Source: an uncultured Staphylococcaceae bacterium (GTDB taxonomy: Bacteria > Bacillota_I > Bacilli_A > RFN20 > CAG-826). From it: a DNA stretch of 64,000 nucleotides. Both the position numbers and the translations under genes were made by a program. Under the pieces are notes generated by a model. The model ran no database searches. It was not told the origin of the DNA and saw only the letters and a list, made by a program, of their open reading frames with translations. This document shows, piece by piece, positions 17,972 to 26,212 of the stretch (the first letter of the stretch is position 1; each line of letters begins with the position of its first letter). Location: positions 1,194 through 65,193 of the forward strand of contig CAYSPV010000003.1 of assembly GCA_964433025.1 (NCBI GenBank), written 5' to 3'.

Positions 17972-19178
17972 AATAGAAAAAGATTTAGATTATGTTGGTT
18001 TAAAGAGTGACGATAAAGAATTTATCTTCGCTTTTCCTTATGGTTATAATTTTGGAAATAAAGAAGATCGTATACTAAATAAAGAAGATTATATATTAAG
18101 AAAAGATATTAAGAAGATAATGTCTGTTATTCGTAAATGTAAGAAGGCTAATCCTCTTAGTATAAACGGATCTGAAGATGATAATGATAATCTACCTTTT
18201 GAGGATTATATTTATTTAATTGAGTATTATTTACAGCATAATAGATGTTATTACATGGAAAAAGAAATATCTTATCGTAATGATACAAGAGGTAAGATAG
18301 ATTGGTCTAAAACTATTAAAAGAAATAAACCTTATATACAAGACGATGAAATCGTCTATTTAAAACAAACTATTAGAGAAAGTAAGTTATTAGATAATAC
18401 TTTAATTACAGAATTACATAAATACTGTACGATTGAATCTATTAATAAATTAGGTTTTTTATATGGTGTAGAAACCAAAGATAAAAGTAGTTTAAAAATA
18501 GATGAAAAGAACAAGAACATGTATATTCAAATCATACATAAATACATGTCTAAGACTCATGATAATAATAAGATTAGACTATTCAGTGCGATGATTAATG
18601 TTATAAACAACATCGATACTAAAGATAAATCAGTTAATTATTACACTGAAGAGTTTCGTACTGTATGGGAGTATATGATCGATAATGTCTATGGTATTAA
18701 GAATAAGAATGAGTATTATCCTCATGGTAAATATAAAGGTAAAGAAGAAAAAAAGATTGACGAAGATGAAAAAGAACAAAAAGAAAAACAAAAGACCGCT
18801 TTAAGACCTGATAGTATTATGAAATTAAATAATGAATATTATGTTTTAGATGCTAAATATTATAAAGAAGGTAATTTACCTAATTCATCTGATATAAACA
18901 AGCAAATTACTTATGCTGAAAAAGTAAAATATAAAGAAGAATTAGATGATCTTTATAATGCATTTATATTACCTTATGATGGCAAAGGTGTTGATAACAT
19001 TAAATTTGATACATACGGATATGGTGATTGGTATAAATTAAATAAAAACTATCATCGTGTAGCGGTCATCTATATGGACACTAAATATCTTTTGGATATT
19101 TATAATAAAACTAGTGAGAAGATAAAACATCAAAAAGATTTAGCTAAAGAAATTCAAAAAATACAAGAGGCAAAATGA
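17931..19178 (+). CDS. McrC-like nuclease subunit (PD-D/ExK). It overlaps the McrB gene by 41 nt.
   Basis: C-terminal LRPDSIMKLNNEYYVLDAKYYKEG matches the McrC PD...D-x-K core. Position and coupling to McrB fit. Confidence 0.7.
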   Translation: MKAVIIPQMKNQIRIEKDLDYVGLKSDDKEFIFAFPYGYNFGNKEDRILNKEDYILRKDIKKIMSVIRKCKKANPLSINGSEDDNDNLPFEDYIYLIEYYLQHNRCYYMEKEISYRNDTRGKIDWSKTIKRNKPYIQDDEIVYLKQTIRESKLLDNTLITELHKYCTIESINKLGFLYGVETKDKSSLKIDEKNKNMYIQIIHKYMSKTHDNNKIRLFSAMINVINNIDTKDKSVNYYTEEFRTVWEYMIDNVYGIKNKNEYYPHGKYKGKEEKKIDEDEKEQKEKQKTALRPDSIMKLNNEYYVLDAKYYKEGNLPNSSDINKQITYAEKVKYKEELDDLYNAFILPYDGKGVDNIKFDTYGYGDWYKLNKNYHRVAVIYMDTKYLLDIYNKTSEKIKHQKDLAKEIQKIQEAK

Positions 19179-19300
19179 TCCATATAATAGCTATTTTCAT
19201 TAAATTTTTAGGAAAATTGATACACTTTCTTGGCAAAATGAACACTATTTTTATAAAAATATAAAAAAATATGTTTTTATTATTAAAATAATTAAAATTC

Positions 19301-20503
19301 GTGTGTATAATAATTTCTATGAATTCAATTAAACGCGTAAACGGAATGAAAGTAATTAAGAAATGGAATTTAGGTCTATTCATTTCACTTATATTAATGA
19401 TACTTGCTGTTGGTGGTACAATAGCCCTTTTATATTTACTTCCAATTACAGTATTCTCATATCCTAATCAAGATAGTACTTATGAAGTATATGCTTCTGA
19501 TTTTATATTCTTCGCTGCTCAAGATTGGTTAGGTACAGATAATATTAATGATGCATTCTTTAGATTTAAAAATTATGGTTTAGATGTCTTAATACCTTCT
19601 GATTTAAATAGCATTGTATTTGTTATTATATACGCTATTGCGGGACTTTTAGCAGTAGTAGGTGTATTTGCTGTTATATGTGTAATCATATTCTTATGTG
19701 GTTTATTATTTGGGGTTATTAAAGGCAATTGGAAAGCTATGAAAGTAATGACATGGCTAGTATTTGCTTTTATGTTTATAGTAGCCTTAATATTTGCCGC
19801 TTTAAAGCTATGCTTTATGTATATGCTTACTGAATATGGTGTTGTTTATTATGATATGGATATTTGGAATCTTGTTTATATAGTAGCAGGTCTATTAGTG
19901 TTTGGTATTATCCAATCTATCGTGTACTCTATATGCTTTAAAGATCGTATTTATATTAAAGACGCTAAACGTATATTAGAAGCTCAAAAACAAAGACAAG
20001 AAATGATGCAACAACAAATGTATCCTCAAGGCTTTGCTATGCCAATGCCTATGGTTATGAATGCTCCTAATTATCAAATGGCGCCTACTCAAAATCAAGT
20101 AACACCAACCCAAACTCAACCAATTAAAACTAATCCTACTGTAGTTACTCAAGTTAAATATTCTGCAGGTAAAGGTTTACCTGAACAAATATCTTCTATT
20201 GGTGGACATGCGTTTAGTCAAAACGCTAATCTTGAAGTGGCTATTATTCCTTTAGGAATAAAAGAAATAGGACCATCAGCGTTTTCTAACTGTCCTAATT
20301 TAAAAGTTGTCTCTATTCCTACATCGGTAATTAAGATTGGTTATAATGCTTTCTTTGGCTGTAAGAAATTAGCTAGAATTAATTATGGTGGACGTAAAAA
20401 TGAATGGAAAAACATTACTAGAGGTTCAAATTGGCTCGCTAGTAGCGGTACTTCCGTAGTAGTGTGTGTTGATGGCGCAATCACTGTTAATCCTTATCAT
20501 TAA
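19301..20503 (+). CDS. Polytopic membrane protein with a P/Q/M-rich linker and C-terminal BspA-type leucine-rich repeats (LRR_5). The real start is probably 19346 (MKVIKK), because a TGTGTATAAT -10 ends at 19300.
   Basis: N-terminal TM helices are followed by repeated units such as IPLGIKEIGPSAFSNCPNLKVVSIPTSVIKIGYNAFFGCKKL. Confidence 0.6.
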   Translation: MCIIISMNSIKRVNGMKVIKKWNLGLFISLILMILAVGGTIALLYLLPITVFSYPNQDSTYEVYASDFIFFAAQDWLGTDNINDAFFRFKNYGLDVLIPSDLNSIVFVIIYAIAGLLAVVGVFAVICVIIFLCGLLFGVIKGNWKAMKVMTWLVFAFMFIVALIFAALKLCFMYMLTEYGVVYYDMDIWNLVYIVAGLLVFGIIQSIVYSICFKDRIYIKDAKRILEAQKQRQEMMQQQMYPQGFAMPMPMVMNAPNYQMAPTQNQVTPTQTQPIKTNPTVVTQVKYSAGKGLPEQISSIGGHAFSQNANLEVAIIPLGIKEIGPSAFSNCPNLKVVSIPTSVIKIGYNAFFGCKKLARINYGGRKNEWKNITRGSNWLASSGTSVVVCVDGAITVNPYH

Positions 20504-20508
20504 TAATA

Positions 20509-21198
20509 ATGAATATTGTTATATTACTATGTGCAGGTAGGGGAAATAGATTATCCCTAGATATTGATAAATGTTTTATAAAAGTAGACAAATTATATTT
20601 ATATGAATATAGTTTAAATACTTTTTTTTCTTTAAAAGAAATAGATAAGATAATTTTAGTGTCCTCTTTAGAATCCTTACATCTAATTAATCTAAAACCA
20701 TATAAAGATAAAGTAGAAGTAATAATAGGTGGTAATACTAGACAAGAAAGCATTTTTAATGCTTTAAATTATTTATATGAAAATAAATTAGTAAAAGATA
20801 ATGATAATATCTTAATTCATGATGGGGCTAGACCTTTAATATCTAAAGATATTATCATTAATAATATTAAAGCTTTAAATAATCATGATTTTAATATTAC
20901 CTATATAAGAAATATTGATACATCATTTTTTATTAAAGATGATAAATTAGATAATTTAATTAATAGAGATGAAGTAGTGTTTGAACAAACACCTACCTCA
21001 TCTAAATTTAAATTATTATATGACTTACATAAAAAAGCTTTAAAAGATAATTTATATGATATACATGATGATGCTACATTAGCTTTACTTTATAAAAAAG
21101 ATGTCTATTTAGTAGAAGGATCTAAATTAAATTTTAAGATTACTTATTTAAAAGATATAGATTTGCTTAAATATTATCTAACTTTGTTAGATAAATAA
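20509..21198 (+). CDS. IspD/TarI-family cytidylyltransferase.
   Basis: N-terminal IVILLCAGRGNRL nucleotidyltransferase glycine-rich loop; about 229 aa. Confidence 0.55.
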   Translation: MNIVILLCAGRGNRLSLDIDKCFIKVDKLYLYEYSLNTFFSLKEIDKIILVSSLESLHLINLKPYKDKVEVIIGGNTRQESIFNALNYLYENKLVKDNDNILIHDGARPLISKDIIINNIKALNNHDFNITYIRNIDTSFFIKDDKLDNLINRDEVVFEQTPTSSKFKLLYDLHKKALKDNLYDIHDDATLALLYKKDVYLVEGSKLNFKITYLKDIDLLKYYLTLLDK

Positions 21199-21237
21199 AA
21201 TATTTATTGCTAGAAATAACATTTTTGTTAAAATAAC

Positions 21238-22365
21238 TTGCATATGATTATACAAACCTTAACCGATCAAAGCATTGACCCTCTGTCTATTATGACCGCT
21301 GAGACAAGCGGTGCTTTTGGGATGCCAGATTGGCTTAGCTGGACAATAATAGCTATCTTATTATTAATAAGTGCACTTTTTAGTGCATCTGAAAATGCTT
21401 TTTCAAATTGTAATAAATATCATTTTAAAGTTTTAGCAGATCAAGGTAAGTTGACCGCTAAAATTATTGTTAGACTAACTGAAAAATTTGAAGACACTTT
21501 AGTCTCTGTACTTGTCGCTAATAACATCGTACAAACACTTATGTCTACTATAAGTGCGATTGTTTTTTATAACTTATGTGAATCATTAGGATTAAGTGGA
21601 GGTATTGACGCTATTTTATCTACTGTCGTTATGGCGGCCCTAGTATATATTATCTCTGATACTTGTCCTAAGATATTATCTAAAGCTATACCAAATAGAA
21701 TGGCCATACTTTTAGCCTGGCCCGACTTCATAATAGGAATAATATTATTCCCTATCATACTTATCTTTAGGGGTGTATTAAAATTAACACATAAAATCTT
21801 TAAAATTGAAGAACAAAATATCTTAACAAAAGAAGATTTATTAGAAAGTGTTGATGAGGCGATTAATGATGAAAATATCAATAATGAAACTGAACAACTC
21901 TTTGAACCTAATGAAAAGAAAATCTTCGATAGAGCCTTTAATTTTGACACAATTACTGTAAATCAAGTTTTAAGAAAAAAAGAAGATATGGTTTATATTG
22001 ATATAAATGATTTAAACACTAAAAGTGTGAATGATTTTATCATGAAACATGATTATTCTAGATATCCTGTTATTGATAAAGAAAATAACACGATCGTAGG
22101 TATATTATCTATTAATGCTTATTTTAAAGAATATGCTTTAGATAAACATTTAGATATAAGAAGTGTTTTAATGCCTGTTATATATGTATCTAGTGAAGAT
22201 AAAATAGATGATATTTTAGATACATTAAATAATAAAAAAACCCATATGGCGATAGTTAAAGATAAAGATGATAACTTTATTGGTATGGTAACTATGGAAG
22301 ATATATTAGATGAATTAGTAAATACTTCTGATATTATCTCTTCTTTAAAGGAGAATACAAAATGA
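21238..22365 (+). CDS. Hemolysin/CNNM-family (DUF21 plus CBS pair) transporter.
   Basis: N-terminal DUF21 TM region followed by CBS domains. Confidence 0.7.
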   Translation: MHMIIQTLTDQSIDPLSIMTAETSGAFGMPDWLSWTIIAILLLISALFSASENAFSNCNKYHFKVLADQGKLTAKIIVRLTEKFEDTLVSVLVANNIVQTLMSTISAIVFYNLCESLGLSGGIDAILSTVVMAALVYIISDTCPKILSKAIPNRMAILLAWPDFIIGIILFPIILIFRGVLKLTHKIFKIEEQNILTKEDLLESVDEAINDENINNETEQLFEPNEKKIFDRAFNFDTITVNQVLRKKEDMVYIDINDLNTKSVNDFIMKHDYSRYPVIDKENNTIVGILSINAYFKEYALDKHLDIRSVLMPVIYVSSEDKIDDILDTLNNKKTHMAIVKDKDDNFIGMVTMEDILDELVNTSDIISSLKENTK

Positions 22366-23678
22366 GTTCAATAACTTTAATTATTGTTTATGTTGTGGTC
22401 TTAGTTATCTTATTATTTGGTTCTATTTTCTTTTCTAGTGCGGATATGGCTTTTGGAAGTGTATCACTTAATAGAGTTAAAAAATCTTTAGATGAAAAAC
22501 CCACCAGTAATAAAAAAAGAGCCTATAAATTATCAAAAAACTATGATAAGACAATATCTACGATATTGTTATTTAATGATACGATTAATGCTGGTTTAGA
22601 TTCTATTTCTACTTTACTTGGTATTTTAATTGCTTATCAAATAATTGTTAATCCTAGCTCCGCTTTAGCGGATACCTTCGGTCTTATCGCATCTATGATT
22701 ATGCTTGTAATTAAAATTATCTTTGGTGAGATAATTGCAAAATCAATGGGTAAGATATTTAACTATAAAATAGTTAATTTCTATTCTATGGCTATTTCTG
22801 TTTGTTATTATATAACCCTTCCTATCACCTTCTTAGTAGGAGGATTTGGACAAATTGTAACCTATCCAATAACAGCGTCTATAAGTGATATTAAAATCAA
22901 AGATGATGAAATTCATGAAATGATTGATGAAGGTGAAGAAAGTGGTGCCCTAGATGAAGATAAAGCAGAACTTTTAAGAGGCACTTTAGATTTTACCACG
23001 ACTGAAACTTATGAAATCATGACTCCTAGAGCAAGGATATACGCGATTGATAAAAGTGATGAATTAGATGAAATATTAAAAGATGAAAGAACCTTTAGAC
23101 ATTCAAGAATTCCAGTATATGAAGATAATATTGATTCTATTATTGGATATGTCAGAACTAAAGATTTAATCAAATTAAAATTAGATAGTAAAACTCAAGA
23201 TATATCTAATATTATTATTCCGATTAAATTTTTCCCAAGAACAACAGAAATTAACGATGTATATCGTTACTTTAAATTAAATAAAACCCATATCGCAGTG
23301 GTTTTAGATGAATATGGGGGTTGTGAAGGTTTAATTACTTTAGAAGATATTATTGAAGAAATAGTAGGAGAAATTTGGGATGAAACAGATGATCCTAACG
23401 AACCATATTCTGAAAGAAGTGATGGAAGCTACATAGTCGATGGGGGTATGAATCTTGAAGATTTTTGTGAATTATTTGATTTAGATTATGATTCAATAGA
23501 AACAGAATATGTCACTATTGGAGGCTTTATTATTGAATTATTAGATGATAATTTTGCTAAGTTAAATGATGTTATAACTTATAAAAATGTTAAATTAACA
23601 GTAATAGCCTTAGGTAAACATCACACAGTTAAAAAGATCTTAGCAGAGCCCATAATTGAAGAAGAAGAGGAAGATTAA
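22362..23678 (+). CDS. Hemolysin/CorC-family protein (DUF21 plus CBS pair plus CorC_HlyC transporter-associated domain).
   Basis: DUF21 TM domain; CBS region HSRIPVY; C-terminal CorC_HlyC-like ITLEDIIEEIVGEIWDE. Confidence 0.75.
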   Translation: MSSITLIIVYVVVLVILLFGSIFFSSADMAFGSVSLNRVKKSLDEKPTSNKKRAYKLSKNYDKTISTILLFNDTINAGLDSISTLLGILIAYQIIVNPSSALADTFGLIASMIMLVIKIIFGEIIAKSMGKIFNYKIVNFYSMAISVCYYITLPITFLVGGFGQIVTYPITASISDIKIKDDEIHEMIDEGEESGALDEDKAELLRGTLDFTTTETYEIMTPRARIYAIDKSDELDEILKDERTFRHSRIPVYEDNIDSIIGYVRTKDLIKLKLDSKTQDISNIIIPIKFFPRTTEINDVYRYFKLNKTHIAVVLDEYGGCEGLITLEDIIEEIVGEIWDETDDPNEPYSERSDGSYIVDGGMNLEDFCELFDLDYDSIETEYVTIGGFIIELLDDNFAKLNDVITYKNVKLTVIALGKHHTVKKILAEPIIEEEEED

Positions 23679-23766
23679 TTTTTTAAATTAATAGTTGAAA
23701 CAAATATATTTATTTGCTAAATTAATGACGTGATTTAAATCACAACTCTTAATCTTACAAGATATG

Positions 23767-23794
23767 GAGTGGCCCTTGGGTCACTCTTTGTTTT
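23767..23794 (+). promoter_or_regulatory. Leader hairpin plus U-tract (GAGTGGCCC-tt-GGGTCACTC TTTGTTTT) immediately upstream of the rimP RBS. Candidate intrinsic terminator/attenuator.
   Basis: 9-bp stem with one mismatch, a 2-nt loop and a T-rich tail. It lies between a candidate promoter and rimP. Confidence 0.45.
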
Positions 23795-23807
23795 AAAGGG
23801 AGGTTAG

Positions 23808-24272
23808 ATGGATCTTGAATTATTAAAAACAAAAAGTGATGAATTATTAAAAAATTATGGTTATTATCTTTATTCTTTAAATACTAGTAAAGATAAAAAT
23901 GGATTAACCGTAAGTATCATCATAGATGATATTAATGATAATGATATCTCTATGGATGATATCGTTAAAATATCTAATCTATTAAATGATCTATTTGATG
24001 AATTAGATATTATACAATCTGCGTATACTCTAGATATATCATCTATAGGAGCGGAAAAACCCATCAACATAGACAATATTGATAAATACATCAATAAATA
24101 TGTCTGTATTCATCTAAACCATCCTTATGAAGGAGAAAATATCTTATATGGTACAATAATAAGTGTAGATAATGATGAAATAACATTAACCTATAAGATA
24201 AAAACAAGAACTAAAGAAGTCAAAATTAGAAAGGATAATATTTTAAAAGCTAGAAAAGCGATTAAATTTTAA
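23808..24272 (+). CDS. rimP: Ribosome maturation factor RimP.
   Basis: Conserved position before nusA; matching length and N-terminal pattern. Confidence 0.8.
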   Translation: MDLELLKTKSDELLKNYGYYLYSLNTSKDKNGLTVSIIIDDINDNDISMDDIVKISNLLNDLFDELDIIQSAYTLDISSIGAEKPINIDNIDKYINKYVCIHLNHPYEGENILYGTIISVDNDEITLTYKIKTRTKEVKIRKDNILKARKAIKF

Positions 24273-24287
24273 AAGGAGTTAAATATT

Positions 24288-25949
24288 ATGGAAAATGCAA
24301 AAGCCTTTATCAGCGCATTTAATGAATTAGAAATTAAAACTGGTGTATCTAAAGATGCAATTTTATCTGCCTTAAAAGAAGCTTTAGACAAAGGTCTAAA
24401 AAAACAATTAGGAGGAGATGATGCTTATACTTTAGTTAACATCGATATGGAAAATGGATTCGTAGAACTTGCTCAACTAAAAAAAGTCGTGGAAGTTGAA
24501 GAAGATGATTTTTTAGAAATATCATTAGAAGAAGCAAGACAAACTTATCCAGACATTCAAATTGGAGATTTTTATAAAATTGATATTCCTTTATCTTCAA
24601 TTTTAAAAACATATGCGATTACCATTAAAAATGTTTTCCAACAAAAACTAACAGAAGCTGAAAAAGCCGCTTTATATGAAACATATAAAGATAAAATTGG
24701 AGAAATGATTACAGGTACAGTAGATAAAGTAGAAGAAAAAGGTTTACAAGTTACAATTGCAAAAACTTCTATATTTGTTCCAAGAAGAGAATTAATTAAA
24801 GATGAAAGATTTTATCCAAAAGATCCAATTAAATTATATGTATCTAGTGTTTCTGATAATGGAGGAAAAGGTACTAAGATCTCTGTAAGTAGAGCAAATG
24901 AAGGATTTTTAAAAAGAGTTTTTGAAGAAGAAATTCATGAAATTTATGATGGTACAATCATCATAAAAGGAATAGCTAGAAAAGCAGGAGAAAGAAGTAA
25001 AGTAGCGGTATATTCTAACGACCCTAACGTTGATCCTGCTGGGGCTTGTATTGGACCTAATGGTGTTCGTATTCAAAAAGTAGTGGCCCAATTAGGTAAT
25101 TCTTCAAATAAAGAAAAAGTAGATGTTATTGGTTATAGCGATAACGCTGGTTTATTTGTTATGGAATCTCTTAAACCTGCAGTGGTCCTAGGCATTGTTA
25201 TTGATAAAGAAAATAAAAAAGCTACTGCGATTATCGCTGATGGTTCTTCATCTGTAGCCTACGGAAAACGTTTTGTTAATTTAAATTTAGCAAAAGAATT
25301 AACAGGTTATGATATTTCTTTAATTGAAGAAAGTGTGGCTAAAGAAGAAAATTTAGAATATCAAACCTATGAAGAATTAGAAAGATTAGATATTGAATTA
25401 AGACAAAAAGCGGCTCAAGAATTACTTGATAAACAATATTTAGAAAAACAACAAGAACAATCTATTTCAAATGTTTATGTTGCTCCTGATCAAAGACATT
25501 ATGAAGAAGAAATGTCTGAAGAAGAAAGAGAGACTCTAGAAGAAGAAGTAGAAAAAGAAGAATTAGAAGTTTCATCCACTCCAGAGGTGGAAAAGACCAC
25601 TCCTGAAGTAGAAGAAGTAGAAGAACCTACTATTGAAGTAGTTAAAGAAGAAGTTATTAAAACTGATGTTAAAACTACAACAACACTTGCGGATCTTGAA
25701 AAAGAATTAGAAAGTGAAGCTAAAAAAGCTAAAGCTACAACTTCTAAAGCTAAAAAGAAAGTTAAAAAAGAAGAAGCAGAAGATAACATCATTACTCATA
25801 AAGTTGATCCATCTCAACGTATGTCTATTTATACTGAAGAAGAATTAAAAGCTATTGAAGAAGAAGAGCAAGAATTGTATGAAGATGAATACGATGATGA
25901 TGAAATAGACTATAATGATTATGATGAATATTATGATGATGAAAACTAA
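24288..25949 (+). CDS. nusA: Transcription termination/antitermination factor NusA with a long acidic low-complexity C-terminal extension.
   Basis: S1/KH region (GACIGPNGVRIQ). The tail is rich in E/D/Y. Confidence 0.9.
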   Translation: MENAKAFISAFNELEIKTGVSKDAILSALKEALDKGLKKQLGGDDAYTLVNIDMENGFVELAQLKKVVEVEEDDFLEISLEEARQTYPDIQIGDFYKIDIPLSSILKTYAITIKNVFQQKLTEAEKAALYETYKDKIGEMITGTVDKVEEKGLQVTIAKTSIFVPRRELIKDERFYPKDPIKLYVSSVSDNGGKGTKISVSRANEGFLKRVFEEEIHEIYDGTIIIKGIARKAGERSKVAVYSNDPNVDPAGACIGPNGVRIQKVVAQLGNSSNKEKVDVIGYSDNAGLFVMESLKPAVVLGIVIDKENKKATAIIADGSSSVAYGKRFVNLNLAKELTGYDISLIEESVAKEENLEYQTYEELERLDIELRQKAAQELLDKQYLEKQQEQSISNVYVAPDQRHYEEEMSEEERETLEEEVEKEELEVSSTPEVEKTTPEVEEVEEPTIEVVKEEVIKTDVKTTTTLADLEKELESEAKKAKATTSKAKKKVKKEEAEDNIITHKVDPSQRMSIYTEEELKAIEEEEQELYEDEYDDDEIDYNDYDEYYDDEN

Positions 25950-26208
25950 TAATGTTGTCTTGCGTCGTAATATTGTAGATCATATCTCTTATCCAAAAGA
26001 TAAACTTATTAGAATTGTCTTAACTAAAGATAAACAAGTTATCTTAGATAAGAATCAAAGCATTTTAGGAAGAGGGGCCTATATCTATCCTAGTATAGAA
26101 AGTGTTACTCTAGCTAAAAATAAAAGATTATTAAATAAGATATTTCATCTAAGTATAGATGAAAACATCTATGATGAAATGATAAATTTTATAAAAGAAA
26201 GTAGGTGA
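25915..26208 (+). CDS. ylxR: YlxR/RnpM (DUF448) RNA-binding protein. Its start lies within the nusA 3' end, and the true start may be a downstream Met.
   Basis: Synteny between nusA and infB; motif GRGAYI. Confidence 0.75.
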   Translation: MIMMNIMMMKTNNVVLRRNIVDHISYPKDKLIRIVLTKDKQVILDKNQSILGRGAYIYPSIESVTLAKNKRLLNKIFHLSIDENIYDEMINFIKESR

Positions 26209-26212
26209 TAAT

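Noticed and set aside
8517-21237. Integrated mobile element (prophage/ICE) at the tRNA-Thr with att direct repeats.
   Set aside because: No integrase, transposase, phage structural or conjugation genes. I could not find a second copy of the tRNA 3' end (GATTCTGCGATGGGGCACCA) near 19.2 or 21.2 kb. It is treated as a non-mobile defense island, not a mobile_element feature.
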